A stretch of 63,684 nt of DNA, the filler included, from Salisapilia sapeloensis CBS 127946 (lineage: Eukaryota > Protista > Oomycota): NCBI GenBank assembly GCA_023334545.1. It is 13 parts of 13 records of this genome, joined end to end, with 100 filler letters (N's around TTAATTAATTAA, not from the genome) between each part and the next. Parts side by side here need not be neighbours in the genome. Positions count along the whole stretch, not along the records: positions 47,323 to 57,908 come from JAADVB010000443.1; positions 58,009 to 61,304 come from JAADVB010000770.1; positions 61,405 to 62,476 come from JAADVB010001323.1; positions 62,577 to 63,684 come from JAADVB010001306.1; 9 more parts are not named here. One strand, 5' to 3'. Below, in pieces: positions 55,773 through 63,684 of this stretch. Positions within the stretch are counted from its first letter, which is position 1. Every line of letters starts with the position of its first letter. The position numbers and the translations under genes were made by a program. The notes under the pieces are model-generated. The model was not told the DNA's origin. It was given only the letters and a program-made list of their open reading frames with translations, and ran no database searches.

Positions 55773-57512
55773 ATGTCGAAGGAAGACATGCCTATGCTTT
55801 CGCAGGCTGTGCTCTTCGTTGTGCGGCACAAGGACAGCATTGCAGGGCTTCACCACGTCACCAAACTACTGGATGCATTTCTAGACTATTCGATGCTGGG
55901 TTCTGCTTTGCAGGCAGCAGAGAAGGGCTGCTGGCGCATCGTTCAAAGGCGCATCGAGGACTATTGTGAAGAGTTGCGTTATCACGACTGGAGCATGATT
56001 CTAACCGCTGCAGCCAAACAGCAGCGACTGGACATGCTCCAGCTCTTACGACGTGCATTTGCTCAGTACAATTATTTTCCAAAAGAAGTTTTAAAGTCGG
56101 CAGCATCCACAGGGAACCTGGAGCAGCTACAATGGGTAATGGAGCAAACGCTGCCTCTATGGTACTCTGTTGCAGCAACAGAAGCAGCTTTTAAAAGTCA
56201 ACTAGAGGTTTTAAAGTACTTGTACAAGAGAAACGTTGTATTTAATAAGTACCAAGTGGCCACCCAGGCTGCTTTCAATGGCGATGAAGCACTCATGCGG
56301 TGGGGAATGAAGAATCTTTTATTTAACGAAGTGGATTCAGACAGTCTTGTTGAAAATGCTGCTGGCAACGGACAAGTAAGTATGCTACAGTACCTGCACG
56401 AGCTCGGCATTACGCCAAAGACATCGAGCGCTGTCGAGCGAGCCGCTTTGCATGGTCAAACGTCTGCGGTCAAGTGGCTCCTTGACACTTATCATCTCCA
56501 AGTGACTTCTACTGCCTTGGAAAACGCAGCCACAAACGGCTATTTGGATTTGGTGGTGCTCTTCCATGAAATGGGCGTTTGTGCAAGCTCCCTCGCGATG
56601 GACAATGCTAGTGCTATGGGAAGCCTTAATGTAGTTCAGTATCTACATGAACACTGTGCAGGAGGTTGCACGACAGATGCAATGGACAAGGCAGCAACAG
56701 AAGGTCACCTGACAATGGTACAATGGTTGCATACACATCGGCATGAAGGCTGCACTGCGAGAGCAATGAATGGAGCAGCTGGTAACGGCTATCTCTCCGT
56801 TGTAAAGTTCCTCCATGAAGAACGAACGGAAGGAGCGACGACGAAGGCGATGGACGTTGCTGCTCGGAAGGGACACTTGGAAGTGGTAATCTGGTTGCAT
56901 GAGAACCGGTCCGAGGGTTGTACGATCAGCGCAGCCAATCGAGCTGCTATGGCTGGTCATGAAGAGATGGTCGGATGGCTTGTTGCCAACCGATCGGAGA
57001 TTGCACCCATGAATCTGATGGAAGCAGCGGCGGCCTGTACTACAAAGGACATGGTGCCGTGGATTCATGGCATGTACTCAGGTAGTTGCAGCTCTCGCGT
57101 CATGGACATTGCGTCTGAGAGAGGCAACCTGTCTGCTGTCCGGTGGCTGCATGAGCATTGTCAAAGAGGATGCACTCGGTTCGCCATGGATGCAGCTTGC
57201 TTGAATGGACACCTGCAGGTCGCCAAGTTCTTACATAAAAATCGATCGGAAGGAAGCACACCGTTGGTGCTCACCAATGCTGCTGCGATGGGGAAACTAG
57301 ATGTGGTGCAGTGGCTCAAGGAGAATGGAATCGCGAGTATCACCAAGGACGCTATCAAGCTGTCTGCGAACAATGGACATCCAGAGGTATCCAAGTGGAT
57401 GCTAGAACAGGACGGTGATCGGTTTTATACGATGGATAAGTTAGATTGGAACGCCATGGCTTCTGAGACGGACTTGAAGCTGTGGCTCCGGCTGCATCGA
57501 CGAGACCCATAA
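55773..57512 (+). CDS. Ankyrin-repeat protein (oomycete-expanded AMD..A..GHL type), 579 aa
   Basis: Repeated AMDxAAxxGHLxVVxWLHxxRxEGCT units. Confidence 0.9.
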   Translation: MSKEDMPMLSQAVLFVVRHKDSIAGLHHVTKLLDAFLDYSMLGSALQAAEKGCWRIVQRRIEDYCEELRYHDWSMILTAAAKQQRLDMLQLLRRAFAQYNYFPKEVLKSAASTGNLEQLQWVMEQTLPLWYSVAATEAAFKSQLEVLKYLYKRNVVFNKYQVATQAAFNGDEALMRWGMKNLLFNEVDSDSLVENAAGNGQVSMLQYLHELGITPKTSSAVERAALHGQTSAVKWLLDTYHLQVTSTALENAATNGYLDLVVLFHEMGVCASSLAMDNASAMGSLNVVQYLHEHCAGGCTTDAMDKAATEGHLTMVQWLHTHRHEGCTARAMNGAAGNGYLSVVKFLHEERTEGATTKAMDVAARKGHLEVVIWLHENRSEGCTISAANRAAMAGHEEMVGWLVANRSEIAPMNLMEAAAACTTKDMVPWIHGMYSGSCSSRVMDIASERGNLSAVRWLHEHCQRGCTRFAMDAACLNGHLQVAKFLHKNRSEGSTPLVLTNAAAMGKLDVVQWLKENGIASITKDAIKLSANNGHPEVSKWMLEQDGDRFYTMDKLDWNAMASETDLKLWLRLHRRDP

Positions 57513-57610
57513 GTCTGTTTCCAAAAGCACACTAAGATAATTGAAAGAAGTACAGACATTGTTCTTGTTTCCGACGGTTACTGGTAACATAGCATCTACT
57601 GCAAACCATA

Positions 57611-57908
57611 CTAGTTTTCCAGCACGCACCGGTAGCGCACGGTGTTCTCACGGACCATTTGCACGCCTTCGTTCACCTTGGACATTGGTAACTTCTGGAT
57701 GATCGGACGAACGTTCTTCTTCGCGGCGACTTCCAGCATCTCACGGATTTCGCTGACGGATCCAATCTTGCTGCCCATGAGACAACGGCCCATCGGAACC
57801 AGCGTGAATGGAACAAAGTTAATCTTATCTTCAGGCAAACCAACCATCACCACGGTGCCACGAGGACGAACGTAGCTAAAGTACTCCGCATAGGGCATGT
57901 TCTTCGCG
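57611..57908 (-). CDS. Second CAD-like alcohol dehydrogenase, C-terminal part (truncated by spacer)
   Basis: MPY..RGT..MVGLPED..MGSKIGS..MLEVAAKKNVRPII..RYRCVLEN is clearly paralogous to 53922..54977. Confidence 0.9.
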
Positions 57909-58008
57909 NNNNNNNNNNNNNNNNNNNNNNNNNNNNNNNNNNNNNNNNNNNNTTAATTAATTAANNNNNNNNNNNNNNNNNNNNNNNNNNNNNNNNNNNN
58001 NNNNNNNN

Positions 58009-58413
58009 AAAGGTGGCACTGGGTCTACCGTCGTGGAGCCGTCCAGAATCGTTCAATTAGCTGAAGACTCGACGGGCTGGTCTGGTCGAGAATCCTGCAC
58101 CGGCGAACTCTATGAGTTTGATTCGGATCAACTCAGCCCTTCAACGACAGCTTCGCTTAGTGCTTTTGCGCAACTGACATCGTCAAGTGACAATATCCAA
58201 GTATATGAGAGCAAAAACAAAGCACCAGACGATAATGCTCTCGCAGAAGGAGTTCTGGAGGGCGAAGACGAACTGGATACGATGGTTGCAAACGTTTGGA
58301 GGGGTAGTATTTCAGAGCTTTCACTCAATGATCAAGAGCGTGGTCGGCAGCTGGCATGGCTGAAAATGACTGAAATGCGACTCCGGCAGGATGAAACAAC
58401 CACCATGGGTTAA
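58009..58413 (+). CDS. C-terminus of a START-FYVE family paralog (truncated by spacer)
   Basis: Open frame from the contig edge, ending QERGRQLAWLKMTEMRLRQ. It matches 60789..61304 and the tail of 16158..17693. Confidence 0.7.
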   Translation, partial: KGGTGSTVVEPSRIVQLAEDSTGWSGRESCTGELYEFDSDQLSPSTTASLSAFAQLTSSSDNIQVYESKNKAPDDNALAEGVLEGEDELDTMVANVWRGSISELSLNDQERGRQLAWLKMTEMRLRQDETTTMG

Positions 58414-60788
58414 AATGAACCTAATGCATAGTTGATGCTTGAATTTCTCTACAATTGCATTTATTGGCAGTAATGTTTGTTGTTTAAACGTTTTATGATG
58501 ATACATTCATCTGTGGTGCTCTGCAGAAACTCGCTTTCGCTTAATGGACATAAGCTACCACCTTCAATAAAAATTTTCTTGGCTTTCACCATAAAGTGAT
58601 TAATGGTTTTCTTGGAAACGGTTTATTACATAGCTGTTTTACCTAGGTGTCTAGATCTACCAAATGTTCATAGCCGTTGGGAGCTATCTTAAGATAGCAA
58701 ATAGCACCCGATGAACAGGAGAAAAGGAGCCGAGTTAGTGGGTGTACGTAATGGAGTCAGGCATGCCCAGTGACCCGTATTCATAGCATTGCCTTATGTC
58801 ATCCGGGAGTAAGGTTTGAATGACCGCAAGCTCAGTAAAGTGGCTGATAGTTTTGCATCTAAACTAAATCGTTTTGTCTACCTTCTGCCGTGTCTCTTAG
58901 TGATTGTCAAACGAAATAGTTTAATGTCTGTCGGATCGTGCTCCTAGAAGTCTGCCAATATATCTTCAGGCTTCAGTCAAGAAACAAGTGATCGCTTAAA
59001 ATACTTTTCTAGAAAACTTATAGCTTAGAATATGAATTTATACACCTTTTGTTTTCGAGAGCTCCTTGGTTTTGCGTACTACATCCCGGTTTCGACAATA
59101 TCACTAGTAGACATTAATTTATAATCGGGAAGTTGTTGATGCAGTTGTCGTTGAACGGAAAGAACCAGTGGCCTACGTTGATTATTTTTTAGGTATATTA
59201 TAAGATAGCAATATCGAGCAGACGAAACTACTCGTGGGTCTAGTGTCATCAGACTATCTGCTGAGTACGCGGTGGAAGATACAAGACCTCATGTACCAAC
59301 GCATAATATTTTATGCTCCCTTGCTTTATCCCAAGCTTCGTTGCTGCGGGGACGTATGGCAGCAGAAACCACTAAAAGTCGCAGAGGAGCTGGGTTCTAT
59401 CTTCCATTACCAGGACCTACGACTAAAGCCAGCTATCGGGCGGTAGTCTAACTGCCAAGTCCTGAAGTAGACACTTCCCAAGAATAACCACAGGAAATCT
59501 CTGGAATAATAAAAGAAGACACTCTGTTATGGAAATTTAGTCGACAACTTGTACAATTAGCAAGCTAAATTTTGGAGATATTGAAAATGTGTATGAACTT
59601 ACCGCTTACGCGCACACTGTATCACTCACGTGCTCATTCAAGTCATGCCAGCAGGTTTGTTCCTCTAAGAAACATTTTGCTAATACATTTAAAAACAAAC
59701 TGTATCAAATTTTACACTATAGGAACTACATCGCGGTATATTCATGGAAATATTCCCCATTTCAAAGCACCACTGCTTTCGAAAGCCACATCGGCACGCT
59801 CTACAATCGAGCAGTTCACTGCATGCGCGTGATGGAAACAATACGTTTGAGGAAAAGCTCAAGGAGGCTAATATTGTTTTGCTTCAGCTGGCTCTTGGTG
59901 TCCACTAGTCAACAGTGGCACTCGACCCTGCTACATGCAGCTGCATCTCTGTCGTCACATGACCTTATCAGATCCATTCCGTCTACATCGGATATCTAAC
60001 CCAACAACGCAGGATACAACTACCTCGCCTAGGTCAATGGTCCAATCTTAATTCACAATTCGTTTTGCTCCAAAAGTATCAAGTTCAGTACTTCATTACT
60101 GACAAAGAAGACTCGTGATCGCTGCTTGCTCTACGGCAGTTGTTAGCGAGTACGATCAAAGGAGAAAATAATCTAGAAACATTAAAGCATTCTCCGGCAT
60201 TTGAAAATGTGGCTGAAGATGGCCCGAAGTATGTTTATAACTCGTTTTACTGTTGACCTTGTTGTGGCATAAGATGCAACAACTGACAAGTACGTCACAT
60301 CTACAAGCTTCATAAATGACAATTAGAGTATGTACTCACAAAGGATGGGAATGAGTCTCGCAAGTGCATGCTAATATCGGCATTATGGACCGAGACACTC
60401 GACAGCGTCAGTAGCGAGTCCTGTTAATATAACAGGCTCACTTGTGTCGTGTTGCTGAAGGATTGCCTGACTTATAATTTTGACCCGGACAATATAATGA
60501 TACACCACTTTGAGGACAATAGACTGAGAGGCAGTGAACATGATTCAGTCTGTGGAATAAAAGAGATATTAAAACCGGCGTGAAACTCAATAGAATTTAG
60601 TTGCGGAAGTAGCGGTTACTTAGCGACAATCACTATCGGCGATAGCGGCTTGATATGGGAATGACGCCTTTTTTAAACCCGTGGAAGCGCGCATACTCAG
60701 AGAGTATCAAAGACAAGAGACTATGAAAATGCTTTCATTAACAAAGTCTATTGCCAACGAGTCGGAACATTTAACTCAAGTTCACGAA

Positions 60789-61304
60789 TTAAGCATTAGG
60801 CGTTTCCTCCGTCTTCCATCCCACGCTGGTTACATCATCCTGTCGGAGTCGCATCTCAGTCATCTTTAGCCACGCAAGTTGGCGATCACGCTCTTGTGCT
60901 TTTAGATCGAGCTCCACTGAATTACTCCTCCATACCTGTTCGATGATCATATCCCATTCCTCTGAATCGATTGAAGCGCCTCGCATGATCGAGCCTTCAT
61001 CCGAAGAGCTTTTTCCCGGGTGAACGATCGGATTCTCATCACCTAGCGATGTAAACTCGGCAAAGGTACTTAAGGAACCTTCCGTTGAGGGACTAAAGTT
61101 ATTTGAGTCAAAGACGTAAACTTCACCAGAGCAGGATTCTCTTCCGGACCAAGTATACGATCCCTCCGTTAGTTGTGAGATCCTTGCCGGCTCAACGGTG
61201 GTAGACCCACTACCGTCGTGCTCATATCGTCCAGCTCGAATCTCTTCCACAGCCACCTTGTACGAGTTGACTTGTTCAATCAAGTGGTCACAAGCCGTGC
61301 AGAG
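60789..61304 (-). CDS. C-terminus of a START-FYVE family paralog (truncated by spacer)
   Basis: Begins LCTACD..NSYKVAVEEIRAGRY, matching LCRRCN..SAYKVARQQILAGRF in 16158..17693, and ends QERDRQLAWLKMTEMRL. Confidence 0.75.
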   Translation of the reverse strand, partial: LCTACDHLIEQVNSYKVAVEEIRAGRYEHDGSGSTTVEPARISQLTEGSYTWSGRESCSGEVYVFDSNNFSPSTEGSLSTFAEFTSLGDENPIVHPGKSSSDEGSIMRGASIDSEEWDMIIEQVWRSNSVELDLKAQERDRQLAWLKMTEMRLRQDDVTSVGWKTEETPNA

Positions 61305-61404
61305 NNNNNNNNNNNNNNNNNNNNNNNNNNNNNNNNNNNNNNNNNNNNTTAATTAATTAANNNNNNNNNNNNNNNNNNNNNNNNNNNNNNNNNNNNNNNN
61401 NNNN

Positions 61405-61634
61405 AGTGGAGTCCAGCCTTTTTTATTCTGCTTGTTCACTTCTTCACCATTGCGTAGTAGCACCTTCACCACCTCCGCGTGTCCATTCTGAGCAGCCTTA
61501 TGAAGCGGGGTCGAGCCATCTTGTTTTTGCTTGTTCACGTCTCCACCATTGCGAATCATCTTGCGAACGCCTTCTACATCTCCTGCAGCAGCGTACTTCC
61601 ACAGTTCCTCACTTATACTGTCAATTGTAAACAT
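61405..61634 (-). CDS. Ankyrin-repeat protein N-terminus (truncated by spacer)
   Basis: AAAGDVEGVRKMI..GGDVN..DGSTPLHKAAQNGHAEVVKVLL..GWTP. Confidence 0.85.
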
Positions 61635-62576
61635 TGGCAGTCCTTGTAGCTTGACTCGATGTTGAGCCGAATGGAAACTTGGGCTTGGAAGGTCAAAATG
61701 AATAATGAATCTGTTGCTGAATACGGACTTGCAGGAGACAAGACCGGTTCAGTAGATATATCCAGAGAGTACCCATTCGGAGTCGATGAGATACAACAGC
61801 ACAATCCGACGAAATCAACCCATTTGGCTTAGTCGAGACTTTCAAATCAGCATGACCTACCTAGAGAGTCGAAGAGTGTCCTATAAATTCTAATTCACAA
61901 TCATCGTGTTTACTATCGTCTTCAGCGCGATATATGGCCAACTTGCATTCATTCATAAGCACCCACGCATAATTGCCACATCCGAAGTGTATTCTTCCAC
62001 GACTTAACCCATCTGGACTCTTCTGAATCCAGCCCACCCCTTCAGCTCAGTTGCGACTGTACCTGTAAGGTCATCCTTTGCACATTGTCTGTACTTCTAG
62101 TCGGTCAAGTTTGCTTCCTTCTATCAACTACTTTTTAAGGAATTGTTTCTATCTTTTGTACAAAAGTTATAGCTGAGATTTAAAATCTCTTTGACGTGTA
62201 CTGCCCAATTTGTTTGACGAGCTCTCATGACTTTCAAGGATGGCAGTGAGCGAGGATAGTAAGAAGTGAGACCTGTATTAAATTTCGGGCCTTTGTTTCC
62301 ATAGATTTAAAGTAGCCGTTACTAGAGCCAAGTCGTAAGTGTCTCTTTCCACTGGATTGTTCACTTACAAAAGTGGCAGGCTAGAAGATGATGCGACAAC
62401 GCAAGGTCTCATTAATATAGAAAATACCAAAGCGTGGAAGGTAGTATCGACTGGATCATGCTATGACACTTCATCCNNNNNNNNNNNNNNNNNNNNNNNN
62501 NNNNNNNNNNNNNNNNNNNNTTAATTAATTAANNNNNNNNNNNNNNNNNNNNNNNNNNNNNNNNNNNNNNNNNNNN

Positions 62577-63684
62577 AGGAGGACGAGGAATGGATGACTG
62601 TGGAAAAGGGAGGAACACGAAAAGGAAAGAGAACCACCCAGGAAGCGGAACCAGTCTCAGAAACGAAAGAAAAGACACCTGTGAAGGAGACCAAAGGGAA
62701 GCAGTATCAACAGCTAAAGCCGAAAACTGTAGAGTCATGGGAAAGCGTAAGTGATCAAGTCAACCCACAAACGCCAGCGAAGAAAAAACAGAAGAGGGAA
62801 AGAGTAAGCCCTCGATGGAGACAAAGATCTCTCCTCAAGTGAAGAAAAAGAACTCAGAGCGCACCAAACTAGCAGGAAACCAGCTACAGCATATACGCAA
62901 AGAACTGACAGAGCCAATGAATAAATGGCTGTTTCAGGACTATAATGGACAGAAACCCATGCAGATGCATGCAGAGCTAAACCAGCATAGCAGCCTAGAG
63001 GAAATTCTGGCAGCCACAGGATTAACCAGAGCGACGACGCCAAGTAATGGAAACTGTCAATACACAGCCATATTACAGTTTCTATACAGATGGAAGGATA
63101 TCAACGGGGAAAAAGATAAAGAGATGGAGAAAAAGCAACAACTATTAAAATGAGGATTAGTTGCAAGCGCAACGACATCAGGAAATGAAATTTCCACATG
63201 AAACGCGCAGGCAATTCCTACCAACACAAGAATACCCAGCGATATACGTATCACCGGAGGCATCGCTAAAATGCTTCGAGACCTACCTCAGTCAATTTGC
63301 ACAGTCAACTAATAAACTGAGCAATATGCTCCCAATGCATTTATGGGGAAGCAATGAAATGCTCATCCTAGCAGTTAAACTGTTGCAACGAACCATCTTT
63401 GTCATTAATGCGACAAAGAAAATGAAGAGCATCATGTTTCAAAAGATATTACCGGGACTAATCACTAGCAATGGAGCACTATTTCGCTCAGCAAAGGAAA
63501 GAATGATATCGATGGAAAGATGGCTAGAGGAAGTTGAATTGGAATTCTCACTGAGTCAAGCTAATGACGAAGCACCACCGATCGTCCTGGTTTTTGAAGG
63601 AAGTCATTTCTCAACAACAGTATGGAGCTCACCGAAGGAGCTAGAGGAGGAGCGAGAAAGGAAATTGTTTGATGATGAATCGGA
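62577..63684 (+). pseudogene. Disrupted OTU-like cysteine protease ORF, probably retroelement-associated
   Basis: Cys box TPSNGNCQYTAI (TGT at 63055), WGSNEMLILA..IFVI (63344), His box IVLVFEGSHF (CAT at 63605). A TGA at 63151 and frameshifts near 62830 and 63160-63190 disrupt the frame. Confidence 0.65.

Overview
Eukaryotic nuclear DNA, most likely an oomycete. The evidence is short 52-100 nt GT-AG introns, Inr/FPR-type TCATTTC..TTT core promoters, very short intergenic gaps, and oomycete-typical START-FYVE, 'AMD..A..GHL' ankyrin and multi-TM families. The window is not one locus. It is 13 contigs joined by 12 artificial 100-nt spacers (44 N + TTAATTAATTAA + 44 N), so order across spacers carries no information. 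Recognisable genes: TBC1D7, TPS/TPP, condensin CAP-D2, a UGT, a partial inositol dehydrogenase, START-FYVE paralogs, tRNA-Thr(CGT), a TMEM177/M48-like protease, an HSF, a divergent HEAT-repeat protein, mitochondrial cyclophilin, a partial myotubularin, a Tim44/MAIP1-like protein, a ZZ-finger protein, RBM25, SPF30, a DUSP-MYND USP, a scramblase, two CAD-like ADHs and ankyrin proteins. There are also a decayed Tc1 element and NAK-kinase, multi-TM and OTU pseudogenes. The best lead is a spliced, apparently mitochondria-targeted 529-aa gene (31142..32796) that fuses a complete acetohydroxyacid-synthase regulatory subunit (ACT + ALS_ss_C) to a zeta-toxin-family P-loop kinase. Other leads: a TMEM177-like protein with an intact M48 zinc site, a TPS domain with substituted catalytic residues, a GC-AG intron in RBM25, and four contigs whose two ends are exact 141-bp inverted copies (one with a full Tc1 element at the centre of the palindrome). 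All homology calls are by-eye motif recognition from memory; no searches were run.
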